Shown piece after piece: positions 20,104 to 29,157 of a stretch of DNA of 64,000 nucleotides. The number at the start of each line of letters is the position of its first letter. The stretch's first letter is position 1. The notes below the pieces were generated by a model that was given only the letters and a program-made list of their open reading frames with translations, did not search any database and was not told the DNA's origin. Origin of the DNA: Thermoprotei archaeon (lineage in GTDB: Archaea; Thermoproteota; Thermoprotei; Thermoproteales; B15-G16); NCBI GenBank assembly GCA_003649205.1, contig QMRC01000004.1, positions 1 through 64,000 on the forward strand, read 5' to 3'. Position numbers and translations under genes: made by a program.

Positions 20104-20781
20104 AGGCACCTTCTCAATAAATGTTATCTCAGTTACATCCTTGATGTACTTCTTGACATCCCTAATGAAGAGTCTGAGTACTGCACCTAAGTTATCCACG
20201 TTTACCGCTGTCCTAGGTAGCTCTATCGTTACCTTACTACCCTCAATCTTCACACCTATGTCCTCCCTCTTAAGTGAGGTAGCCCACCTATGTAGTAACT
20301 CCTTCAACTTCTCACTCAAGTCCTCAATCTTCTTGACAATCCTAACCCTAAACACCAAGGTCTTACCTGCTAGTGGATGGTTGAAGTCAAGTAGTACACG
20401 ACCACCTGTAATAGCTCTCACAATAGCTTTCTGACCATCAATTTCAACAACCTCATTAATTCTCGGAGTTATGTTCCTACGTAGGAGTTCCCTCAGAGGA
20501 ACAACCCTAACCTTATTTGGATCCCTAGGACCAAAGGCTTGTTCAGGAGGGACCTCAACAACTACTTCCTGACTGACATCAGCTCTCTTCAACGCCTCTT
20601 CAACTGGTTTAAGTAATGTACCCTCACCAAGTATAACTAACTTAGCACCATATTCCTCATCAGGACTATATATACCAGCCTTCTTAGCTTCTTCCTCACT
20701 CGTTGTATCAACCACCTTACCATCTTCCTTAGTAGTTACTGTGTACTCGATAAGTAGGAAGTCACCCTCACTAAACGGCAC
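20092..20781 (-). CDS. slyD: FKBP-type peptidyl-prolyl isomerase (long SlyD-like)
   Basis: DGKVVDTT, PPEQAFG, LDFNHPLAGKTLVF. Confidence 0.92.
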   Translation of the reverse strand: MPFSEGDFLLIEYTVTTKEDGKVVDTTSEEEAKKAGIYSPDEEYGAKLVILGEGTLLKPVEEALKRADVSQEVVVEVPPEQAFGPRDPNKVRVVPLRELLRRNITPRINEVVEIDGQKAIVRAITGGRVLLDFNHPLAGKTLVFRVRIVKKIEDLSEKLKELLHRWATSLKREDIGVKIEGSKVTIELPRTAVNVDNLGAVLRLFIRDVKKYIKDVTEITFIEKVPLAE

Positions 20782-20797
20782 ATTCCCACCTCCGACA

Positions 20798-20845
20798 TCA
20801 GATGGGGACTGCTCTTCACCGATCTAAGCAGGTCAGTTTCATCAT
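20798..20845 (-). ncRNA. C/D-box guide sRNA (probable 16S rRNA targets) upstream of slyD
   Basis: ATGATGA-AACTGACCTGCT-TAGA-TCG-GTGAAGA-GCAGTCCCCAT-CTGA; guides complement GCAGGUCAG and GGGGACUGC, both recalled as conserved archaeal 16S motifs. Confidence 0.88.
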
Positions 20846-20891
20846 TCACGTACCCCTAATCCATTCAAGTATATAAGTTTACTCAGGTACT

Positions 20892-21179
20892 CTACTCAGG
20901 TCCTGAACCTGCTGTAGCTCCTGAAGAGACCTCGGGACCAGTGATTCCCGACCCAGCTTCGATGGCTGCTCTCTCCTCAGCTTCTCTAGCTCTCATCCTC
21001 AGCTTAACTAGGTGAGTTATGTAGCCAGCAACCCTATTTCTTAACTTCTTTGACCTTATATCAGTGAGTAACTGAACTAACCTCTTATTCGTCTCGAAAT
21101 CTGTCGTGAACCTATCCGGATACAGCTCGAGAAGTTCCTTAGCTATGTTCTTAATTAACTTAGGCCTAACCTTACCCAT
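20892..21179 (-). CDS. rps17e: Ribosomal protein S17e
   Basis: MGKVRP...FTTDFETNK...[13 protein letters not shown]; start at ATG 21179. Confidence 0.96.
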   Translation of the reverse strand: MGKVRPKLIKNIAKELLELYPDRFTTDFETNKRLVQLLTDIRSKKLRNRVAGYITHLVKLRMRAREAEERAAIEAGSGITGPEVSSGATAGSGPE

Positions 21180-21310
21180 GGAGACACCGAAACCAATGAG
21201 TAGTAACCCCCTAAAATACACTTACTCAACTAGTCCACAGCAAACAAACAGAAAGGTTTAAATAGAAGCGCTAGAGCACGTTCGTGGAGAATGAGATAAG
21301 GTGATTAGGT

Positions 21311-22963
21311 ATGTCCGCCTCGCAACCACAACAAGCAACACTAGCTCAAATCGGTGGTGTACCAGTACTAATCTTAAAGGAAGGTACACAGAGAACGTTC
21401 GGTAGAGAAGCACTGAGAGTAAACATCATGGCAGCGAGAGCAGTAGCCGAAGTACTAAGAACGACACTAGGACCAAAGGGTATGGACAAGATGCTAATCG
21501 ATAGCCTAGGCGACATAACGATAACCAATGACGGAGCAACGATCCTAGATGAGATGGATATCCAGCACCCAGCAGCAAAGCTACTAGTTGAGGTAGCTAA
21601 GGCACAGGACGATGAGGTTGGTGATGGTACAACAACAGCAGTAGTAATAGCTGGTGAACTACTGAAGGAAGCAGAGAACCTACTAGCAAAGAACATACAC
21701 CCAACACTCATAATCCATGGATACAAGAGAGCACTAGAGAAATCGATTGAGATACTGAAGAAGATAGCTATACCAGTCAGCAGAGACGATACAGCAATGC
21801 TAAAGAAAGTAGCAATGACAGCAATGCACGGAAAGGCAATAGCAGGAGTTAGAGATTACTTCGCAGAACTAGCAGTAAATGCAGTTAGAGAGGTAGCAGA
21901 GCAGAGAGGTGATAGGTGGTTCGTAGATCTAGACAACATACAGATAATAAAGAAGCACGGTGGAAGCCTACTAGATAGCAAGCTAGTTAATGGAGTCATA
22001 ATCGACAAGGAGGTTGTTCATCCTCAGATGCCTAAGAGGGTTGAGAAGGCTAAGATAGCTCTACTAGATTGCCCACTAGAAGTAGAGAAGACCGAGATCG
22101 ATGCAGAGATCAGAATCACGAGTCCAGATCAGATGAAGGCATTCCTAGATGAGGAGGAGAGAATACTGAGGCAGATGGTCGAGAAGATAGCTAGCGTAGG
22201 TGCGAACGTAGTCTTCACGACAAAGGGCATCGATGATCTAGCTCAGCACTTCCTAGCAAAGAAAGGCATACTAGCAGCTAGAAGAGTGAAGAAGAGTGAC
22301 ATCGAGAAACTAGCTAGAGCAACAGGAGCAAGAATCGTAACGAGAATCGAGGACCTATCTGAGGCAGATCTAGGCTACGCAGAGCTAGTTGAGGAGAGAA
22401 AGGTTGGCGATGAGAAGATGATATTTGTTGAAGGGTGTAAGAACCCAAGATCAGTAGCAATCCTGATAAGAGGCGGTCTAGAAAAGCTAGTTGACGAGGC
22501 GGAGAGGAACCTCGAGGATGGTCTAAGCGTAGTAGCTGACGTAGTTGAGGAGCCATACATAGTACCAGGTGGTGGTGCACCAGAAGTAGAGATAGCTAAG
22601 GCATTGAGACAGTACGCAACACAGGTAGGTGGTAGAGAACAGCTAGCAATAGAGGCATTCGCCAACGCAGTCGAGGTAATACCAAGAGCACTAGCAGAGA
22701 ACGCAGGACTAGACCCAGTAGACATCCTAGTAGAGCTAAGAGCAGCACACGAGAAACCAGATGGATGGAAGTACGGTGTGGATGTCTTCACAGGTAAGGT
22801 AGCAGACATGGTAGCATTAGGCGTAGTAGAGCCACTAGTAGTCAAGATAGAGGCATTAAAGGCAGCAGTTGAAGCAGCCTCAATGATACTGAGAATCGAC
22901 GACATAATTGCAGCATCAAAACTAGAAGAGAAAGGAAAGGAGAAGAAAGAAGAGGAGAAATAA
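21311..22963 (+). CDS. ths: Thermosome subunit (group II chaperonin)
   Basis: [31 protein letters not shown]. Confidence 0.98.
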   Translation: MSASQPQQATLAQIGGVPVLILKEGTQRTFGREALRVNIMAARAVAEVLRTTLGPKGMDKMLIDSLGDITITNDGATILDEMDIQHPAAKLLVEVAKAQDDEVGDGTTTAVVIAGELLKEAENLLAKNIHPTLIIHGYKRALEKSIEILKKIAIPVSRDDTAMLKKVAMTAMHGKAIAGVRDYFAELAVNAVREVAEQRGDRWFVDLDNIQIIKKHGGSLLDSKLVNGVIIDKEVVHPQMPKRVEKAKIALLDCPLEVEKTEIDAEIRITSPDQMKAFLDEEERILRQMVEKIASVGANVVFTTKGIDDLAQHFLAKKGILAARRVKKSDIEKLARATGARIVTRIEDLSEADLGYAELVEERKVGDEKMIFVEGCKNPRSVAILIRGGLEKLVDEAERNLEDGLSVVADVVEEPYIVPGGGAPEVEIAKALRQYATQVGGREQLAIEAFANAVEVIPRALAENAGLDPVDILVELRAAHEKPDGWKYGVDVFTGKVADMVALGVVEPLVVKIEALKAAVEAASMILRIDDIIAASKLEEKGKEKKEEEK

Positions 22964-23117
22964 CAACTTAAGCTCTACTTAACTAAGTTTTCCTCCTAAC
23001 CTTCTCAAGAACTTTAAAGATTTTTGAAATATTTTCTTTCCCACTTTGCTACGAGTAACATAAATCTTTAGAACATTTTAATTCATCTCCTCAGTAACTA
23101 CTAACTTAGGTGTTGAA

Positions 23118-23558
23118 ATGGAAATTATCAAGAATCTGTATGAAGCACTTCAACGAATCAAGGGGGTAAAGCCAAGGTTTGTAATAGCTTTTATAGGTGA
23201 TGAGCCACTAGCAATATACCCAGAGAGTGAGGAGGTAGATCCAAGACTATGTGCATTGGTCTACAGCAGCTACGTAGGACTCGAAGCAACAGTAAAGGAC
23301 ATAGCTACAGTAGAGAGCGTAGGTAGTGGCGAAAATCCACCAATGTTGGAGGAGGTCATGGTGACACTATCTCGAGGAAGCTCAGAAATGTACCTCTGCA
23401 TATACGGTTCAAAGACTAGTCTAGGGCTGCACGTACTACTCGGTGTACTAGTTGAGGGCAATCTACACACAGTACACAAGGCCATGATAAGGACAATAGC
23501 TAGAAACTACATGGTTAAGCTAGTGAACTACGTAGAGACTGAGTACGTAACTAAGTAA
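23118..23558 (+). CDS. Roadblock/LC7 (MglB-like) domain protein
   Basis: Alpha-beta-beta-alpha-beta-beta-beta-alpha pattern with DPRLCAL, EEVMVT and LLGVLV; converges on the GTPase gene. Confidence 0.65.
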   Translation: MEIIKNLYEALQRIKGVKPRFVIAFIGDEPLAIYPESEEVDPRLCALVYSSYVGLEATVKDIATVESVGSGENPPMLEEVMVTLSRGSSEMYLCIYGSKTSLGLHVLLGVLVEGNLHTVHKAMIRTIARNYMVKLVNYVETEYVTK

Positions 23559-24144
23559 ACTTACTCAACTCAGCACACTTCCTAATGAAATCATCAACCC
23601 CACGTCTGTACAGTGCACTTGTCTCAACGTACTCCTGAATACCTAATCTCTTAGCAATCTCAGCACCTGGAAGAGCATTAGGTAGATCCTGCTTATTAGC
23701 AACAAGGAGAAGAACCTTGAACCTCACCTTCTCACTAACCTCTTTCAAAATCTTCTTACTGGCCTCAATACTTCTCTCATCACCTGAATCCACGACAAGA
23801 GCTACGACATCAACCTCCTTAGCACTAGTACTCAAGACTATGAGTCTCTGATGCCTAAACCTCTCATGACCAGGCGTACCAATGAACTTAATCTTCAAAA
23901 ACCTATCTGGCTCACCACTAGCTTCAGGAGGTACATAGCTAGTGTACCTACCTGTCTTAAGGTCGTAGATGATGATCCCTACATCCATGAATATCGTTGC
24001 ACCACTAGGCGCATTAACACTCTTAGCCCTCTCATCAATAGCGTGAATTAACGTAGTCTTACCAGCACCTGTAGGACCAGTGACCAATACCTTAACCTCC
24101 TTCAACCTAGTGAAGAACTTGATAGCACCAGCGAACTTTCTCAC
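23551..24144 (-). CDS. Small GTPase, MglA/Rup (COG2229-like) family
   Basis: G1 GPTGAGKTT, G2 TIFMDVG, G3 GTPGHERF, G4 NKQD, G5 TSA. Confidence 0.9.
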   Translation of the reverse strand: MRKFAGAIKFFTRLKEVKVLVTGPTGAGKTTLIHAIDERAKSVNAPSGATIFMDVGIIIYDLKTGRYTSYVPPEASGEPDRFLKIKFIGTPGHERFRHQRLIVLSTSAKEVDVVALVVDSGDERSIEASKKILKEVSEKVRFKVLLLVANKQDLPNALPGAEIAKRLGIQEYVETSALYRRGVDDFIRKCAELSKFT

Positions 24145-24788
24145 CTATATACCCTCAGAATACCTTTATCGATCAACTGTAGTAAATAGTTAACGAATTC
24201 CCTCCTAGGAATAGCTATCACAACCTCAAAGAACTTCCTAGGTAAAGTAACGAGAACCTTCTCCCACTCCTCAAGGAATTGAGGGACAGTAGCAGCGAGA
24301 ACCAACCTCACGTACGTGATGGGATCTCTCTTAGCCTCCTCCTCAGCAAAGTCAAGAACATACGTACTGTACTTAATTGCTCTAGAATCGAAATCCCCAT
24401 CGAGGTACTCAATAGGTACAAGGTGTTCACTACATAGCTCACCCTCCTCATACAGCTTCCTCAACACCTTAAGGTACTCAAATACGCTATCCCTGGAAAA
24501 CGGTATGTCATCCCTCCAAATAGCTAGAGCTAAGTCATCACCGAGGTAGAGAGCAAACTTCCTACCACCCAACTCAACGAGACAATACCTCTCAGAGCTA
24601 AGAGCAGCTATACTGAGACAGTTAGTAAATATGACCTGAGTCAACGTAGCCTCTCTCTCAAGCTCAAGCTCATCAACTATACTAGAGCTAAAGAAAGCTA
24701 CCAAGTCCGTAGTCTCAACATCACCACGAGGGACGTGAAAGAGCGCAACAACCAAGGAAACTTCACCTACCTCAAGAACTGGTGTCAC
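24141..24788 (-). CDS. Putative longin-like domain plus C-terminal winged helix protein
   Basis: N-terminal beta-beta-alpha-beta-beta-beta-alpha pattern (VVALFH...G, YCLVELGG, FALYLG, LALAIW); C-terminal LLQLIDKGILRV wHTH-type end; 4-nt overlap with the GTPase gene. Confidence 0.55.
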   Translation of the reverse strand: MTPVLEVGEVSLVVALFHVPRGDVETTDLVAFFSSSIVDELELEREATLTQVIFTNCLSIAALSSERYCLVELGGRKFALYLGDDLALAIWRDDIPFSRDSVFEYLKVLRKLYEEGELCSEHLVPIEYLDGDFDSRAIKYSTYVLDFAEEEAKRDPITYVRLVLAATVPQFLEEWEKVLVTLPRKFFEVVIAIPRREFVNYLLQLIDKGILRVYR

Positions 24789-24803
24789 ACTAGGAAATAA
24801 AAG

Positions 24804-25988
24804 CTAAACTGAAGTACCGAAACTGTAGTGATACATCTTACCTAGGAACAACACCTCACCAGAAACACCAACACCACCACCACGCTTACCAGCACAGAAA
24901 CTAAGCGATGAGTGAGACATCAAGTTACACAAAACCTTCCTCTCAACACGAAATACCTCACCAACCCCCCTAAACTCATACTCCGAAACACAACCACAGA
25001 ACTCAGTAAACAACTCAAGAAGAAGCTCAAGAACAGTAACCCTACCCCTCGAGTACAGGGAACAGAGATTAAACCACCGCCCCCCACTACACAACAACTT
25101 AAACACACAACCAATGAAGTTAAGCCTAACATCATGAGGTAACCAATGCAGAAAACTAGACGAAACAACACAATCAAACCTACCACACCAATCACGAGCA
25201 TGAACAAAATCACTCAACTCACCAAAACCACACACCTCATACTCAATAGAGGAGAGGTAGCTCTCAGGAACACCAAACTCACCACACCACCTCTCAACAA
25301 CACCCCACCACTCACCACAAAGCTTCTCACTAGGGAGAACAGCAACATACCTAAACCTACCAACACCAGCACCACGAAGCATACGAAGAACAGCAACAGT
25401 AGCATCACCGTACGGAACACCAACAAACTCAACAACAGCAACCCCATCCCTAGGCTTAAAACCAAGGTAAGACAGCAAGGACTCCCTAGTGTAGAACATA
25501 GCAGGACACGCATGAAGCACGTTAAACACCATGAGGTAGAAACTCCTATCGAGAAGAGCACTAACCCTATCCTCACTCGACCTCAACCTATCGACAAGAC
25601 GCCTAACAAGAAAATCAACAGCAAGAGCAAAGTGAGGAGAGAACTCCCTGAGATCCCCAGAACTAGGAGGTTCAACACCCCTAACAACCAACCTACCACC
25701 AACCCACCTAAACACACCAGCAACCTCAAGAGCCTCAACAACCCTATACAGAAGATCACGATCAAGACCAAGCCTCCTAGCAACCTCAGAAACCGAGACA
25801 CCAGACTCAAGAAGAGAAACAACACCAACCTCCCTAAGAACATCAACCAACCTACAAACTAAGTAAGAATCAAGAACACGACAAAACACATGACACCTCC
25901 GACCACCAAAAAGACCAATAGGCACAGCAAACCCCAACAAAACAAATAGCAAATCCAGTACTTTAACATTACACCATAACACAGACAC
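24804..25988 (-). CDS. wHTH plus degenerate class I SAM-methyltransferase-fold protein
   Basis: VSVSEVARRLGLDRDLLYRVVEALEVAGV wHTH; motif I-like VVEFVGVPYG; FDCVVSSSFLHW; LLCSGGRW. Start uncertain. Confidence 0.7.
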   Translation of the reverse strand: MSVLWCNVKVLDLLFVLLGFAVPIGLFGGRRCHVFCRVLDSYLVCRLVDVLREVGVVSLLESGVSVSEVARRLGLDRDLLYRVVEALEVAGVFRWVGGRLVVRGVEPPSSGDLREFSPHFALAVDFLVRRLVDRLRSSEDRVSALLDRSFYLMVFNVLHACPAMFYTRESLLSYLGFKPRDGVAVVEFVGVPYGDATVAVLRMLRGAGVGRFRYVAVLPSEKLCGEWWGVVERWCGEFGVPESYLSSIEYEVCGFGELSDFVHARDWCGRFDCVVSSSFLHWLPHDVRLNFIGCVFKLLCSGGRWFNLCSLYSRGRVTVLELLLELFTEFCGCVSEYEFRGVGEVFRVERKVLCNLMSHSSLSFCAGKRGGGVGVSGEVLFLGKMYHYSFGTSV

Positions 25989-26136
25989 AACACAGATCAG
26001 AGCTGCAGACCCACATCACCAATCAGCAACAGAAACCACATCACCACAAAACAACCCACAGAACCAAAATAAAAACACAACCCAACAAAGAGAAAACCAT
26101 AAATTAACCCAAACAAAACCACAAACACGAGAAACA

Positions 26137-26304
26137 GGGCCCGTAGCTCAGCCAGGCAGAGCGTCGGACCGCCCCGCTCGCCCCTGTTACAGGAATTGTT
26201 TGGGCGGGCGGGGTGGGACGAAGCTCCAGATGCTAGAACTCGGGTCTAAGGACCGATGACTGGGAGAGACCCGAAGGTCGGGGGTTCAAATCCCCCCGGG
26301 CCCA
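26137..26304 (+). tRNA. tRNA-Trp(CCA) with two introns (30/31: 26168-26222; 37/38: 26230-26268)
   Basis: GGGCCCG acceptor; joining the exons gives TCGGG-CTCCAGA-CCCGA; intron 1 forms a strict BHB, intron 2 a relaxed BHB; CCA not encoded. Confidence 0.9.
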
Positions 26305-26391
26305 TCATTTACTCATTCTAAGAGTGCCAATTTCAGTAGAGTTTACACATGTTTTCTTGAGTTCTCTTAATATATTCCTGTCTCTTCTTGT

Positions 26392-26835
26392 GTGTGGGGG
26401 TTTGTTGTGCCTCGTTATGCTATTGTCTTGCCTATCAAAGACATTAAGCCTGTTACTGTTAGTTTTGTTGCTGAAGTTCCCTTCATGGTTTCCTGTAGTA
26501 TTGAGGTTCCTAGAGAGGTCATTGAGAAGTTGATCAAGGAGGAAGTACCTGAAGGATACCCGGTACATGCATACGCTCTTCCTCTAGAATATGTCAAAGA
26601 TCTTGAAGCTAAAGGTGAAAACACATTATTCTATGGAGTGCCTTTAGCTGCTTGGTATGAATTTAGTAAGGATCTCAAGCTCCATATCGATGAGTTTACA
26701 TGGGAGATGATATATCACGGCTGTAAGGAGTACCTCAAGGACTTGAGGAAAGGAGATCCCATTCAGCTCAGAATAGTACTTCACACTGGTCTATTCATAT
26801 CGTACACAGATGAGGAAGATGAGAAGAAAAGGTAA
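26392..26835 (+). CDS. Hypothetical protein
   Basis: 147-aa ORF, normal composition, immediately 3' of tRNA-Trp; start uncertain. Confidence 0.55.
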   Translation: MWGFVVPRYAIVLPIKDIKPVTVSFVAEVPFMVSCSIEVPREVIEKLIKEEVPEGYPVHAYALPLEYVKDLEAKGENTLFYGVPLAAWYEFSKDLKLHIDEFTWEMIYHGCKEYLKDLRKGDPIQLRIVLHTGLFISYTDEEDEKKR

Positions 26836-26856
26836 GGTCGTTAAAGGGGAAGGTGC

Positions 26857-27737
26857 TTAATCCTGTAACTCAATGATCTCGTACTGTAGCAGCGATCTGT
26901 ATAAGTACTCTGTACCAAGTATCTCCACCCTATCAGTCATCACTATCGCCATAACGACTACGTGATCTACACTGTAATCTCGTGCATGTCGCTTAGCTTC
27001 CTCTACACTCAAGTCAATGAGTTTCTTCAAAGTCTTCATTGCTTCCTCAGCTACTTCAAACCTAGTCTTGACCTCTGCAATAGCTCTTACAGTACCACTA
27101 GCCTTGTCTAGTATTAGGAAATCTGGTTTTCCTGGCTTACCTACCGAGACTACTCTGTAATCAGCTAGACCTAGTGCTCTTGCTATGTATTGCTTCACCG
27201 CTTTATACTCAAGTAACTTAAGAGCTATCTGCTCTCCAATATATCCCCGTGCTACAGTACTTAACGTTAGGTACTCATTCACCAGCTTCGGCTTTACGTA
27301 GAGCTTAATTCCCTTCTCGACCTTCTCAATCACTATGTACTTCTCAATGTTTTCTAGCTCTAGTTTTGTTTCGTGTACCTTGAGCTTTGTTTCGTTTAGT
27401 AGGTACGTTACCTCTCCTACCTTTACGTAGTTTCCAATTACTGTTATTGCTTTTGTGGAGTCCTTGGTCTCTAGGTAGGTCTCTAGTACTTGGTTGCAGG
27501 TTGTTGGTTATATCCTGGGTACTTGAGTGCTAGGTATGTTGTGGATATTGCTAGTCCTATTACTAGTGCTCCGAGGAGTTTTCTTAGTGCCCTATCGTCT
27601 ATGAGGTACCTACCTAAGAAGAGCCATAGTAGGATTGTTGCTAGTGGTAGTGGTGCTTTGACTACTATTCCGATGATTGCTGATGCTATTGTCAGTAAGA
27701 TCAGGATTAATCTAATGAGTTTGGTAATTAGCTTCAA
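26857..27737 (-). pseudogene. Frameshifted gene: membrane segment (27483-27737) plus PD-(D/E)xK nuclease-like domain (26857 to about 27507)
   Basis: GYIGEQIA...KPDFLI...IAEVKT nuclease motif; its frame is open with no start codon up to about 27507, overlapping the end of the 3-TM ORF in the -1 frame. Confidence 0.6.
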
Positions 27738-27842
27738 CTACGTCCCGTGAGTTTTGTGTACTAAATTCGTTATGGGGTATTCGTGGTAGTACGTAGTTAC
27801 TTATGTATGGATTATGTGTTCTCTATGTGTGCTCTACTTGAT

Positions 27843-28328
27843 CTAGCTAAATACCATCTTGAGTAGGATGCCTATGACAGCTACTAGTATCGGTACGTTA
27901 AACGCTATGAATATCTTCACTAGTAATGCTAGCTGTCTCTCAATACCAGTTAACCTCTCCTTAATTGCTGTTACCTCCTTCCATAGTGCTCTTACCTCAC
28001 TCCATAGCTTATCTACCTCTGCTCTTAACTTACTTAATTCACTTCTGAACTCATTTCTCAACTTCTCCATTTCGCTCCAGAATTCTCTTCTTAGCTTCTC
28101 ATTTCCTTCTCGAAATTCACTTCTAAATTTCTCAAGGTCTAATCTCGTAGCTTCTCTCAACTTCTCGATATCTGACTTAAGAGCTACTTCCCTGAGAACA
28201 GCATTAATGATAGCTAACCTAATCTCAGGTTCAGCGATGAGGAGTTCAGCTAACCTTCTTCTCGCTCTAACATCCTTCTCAAATAGCTCGACAATTTGCT
28301 CTGCTGTTATACTCACCTCACTCATCAC
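27843..28328 (-). CDS. Coiled-coil, C-terminally anchored protein (paREP/CCDC90-like)
   Basis: RLAIINAVLREVALKSDI head, 11-residue repeats (EKLRxEF), C-terminal TM. Confidence 0.7.
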   Translation of the reverse strand: MMSEVSITAEQIVELFEKDVRARRRLAELLIAEPEIRLAIINAVLREVALKSDIEKLREATRLDLEKFRSEFREGNEKLRREFWSEMEKLRNEFRSELSKLRAEVDKLWSEVRALWKEVTAIKERLTGIERQLALLVKIFIAFNVPILVAVIGILLKMVFS

Positions 28329-28411
28329 CTACATTAATCGCCTACTTCTCCAGTATTTAGCTCTACTCCATGACTGTAGCTACACTCTAAATCCTCGAAA
28401 CTACACTAAAC

Positions 28412-29143
28412 CTACCTCTTCTTCGCTACTACGATTAATCTAGGACTTGTTGCCCTGTACTCACTCATCCTGTAGTCACCATACAGCTTCTCAACCTCGA
28501 GATCGTACCTACTGAGTAGATCGATCAGTTCCTTAGGCATGTACACTCTAATCGATGATCCTCTTACAGCAACTACCTTACCTGTCTCCTTATCTATGAA
28601 CATCCTCTTCATTAGGTACCTAGCTGAGACTAGGTCTAACCTACCCTTCCTCTAGAACCCTGTAGGTAGTAGCTAGCTACGAAGAGTGGTACAGGATTTA
28701 ACTGATCTATCAGCAACTTCCACCTCTCTTCAGTAGGTTTGCTACGTTCTCAATAATTACCTCATTCTCCTCATCTGTGAAGTATCCAAATGTTGTGAAG
28801 AATGTATACACTGCATCGAAGTGCTGTCTAAGTCTTGTCTAATCAAGTCGAGTAGGTTCTGTACCTGGTACTCACGTTCTCTCTCAAGTGCTTTAGCTAG
28901 TAAGTACTTACTTAGGTCAAGACCAACTACTCCACAACCCATCTTAGCTAGGTACGTTACGTGTCTACCGTAGCCACAACCTAGGTCGAGTACTCTCGAC
29001 TCTGATCTCAGCTCTAGTGCCTTAGCTATGATCTCTGCTTCCTGTCGATTCCTGTCTTCAGGTTCATGTAGTCTGTAGGTTTCGTGCACAGTTCATCAGG
29101 AGAAGTCTAGAAACTACTCGCTGGTATCTCGTACCTCGTCACC
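28412..29143 (-). pseudogene. Class I SAM-dependent methyltransferase pseudogene
   Basis: VLDLGCGYGRH and GLDLS in one frame; FDAVYTFFTTFGYF...LLKRGG in another; SIRVY...LYGDY...SPRLIVVAKK in a third fragment; multiple frameshifts and stops. Confidence 0.85.
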
Positions 29144-29157
29144 ATAAAGGTACTCAA

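Noticed and set aside
21346-22905. Antisense ORFs within the thermosome gene
   Set aside because: Mirror-frame ORFs of a conserved, codon-biased gene
25146-25862. 238-aa N/T/K/P-rich plus-strand ORF (and the L/V-rich ORFs at 24920-25846)
   Set aside because: Shadow frames produced by extreme A/C skew over the MTase-like gene; no motifs
27859-28443. 194-aa S/L/F-rich plus-strand ORF
   Set aside because: Antisense shadow of the coiled-coil repeat gene
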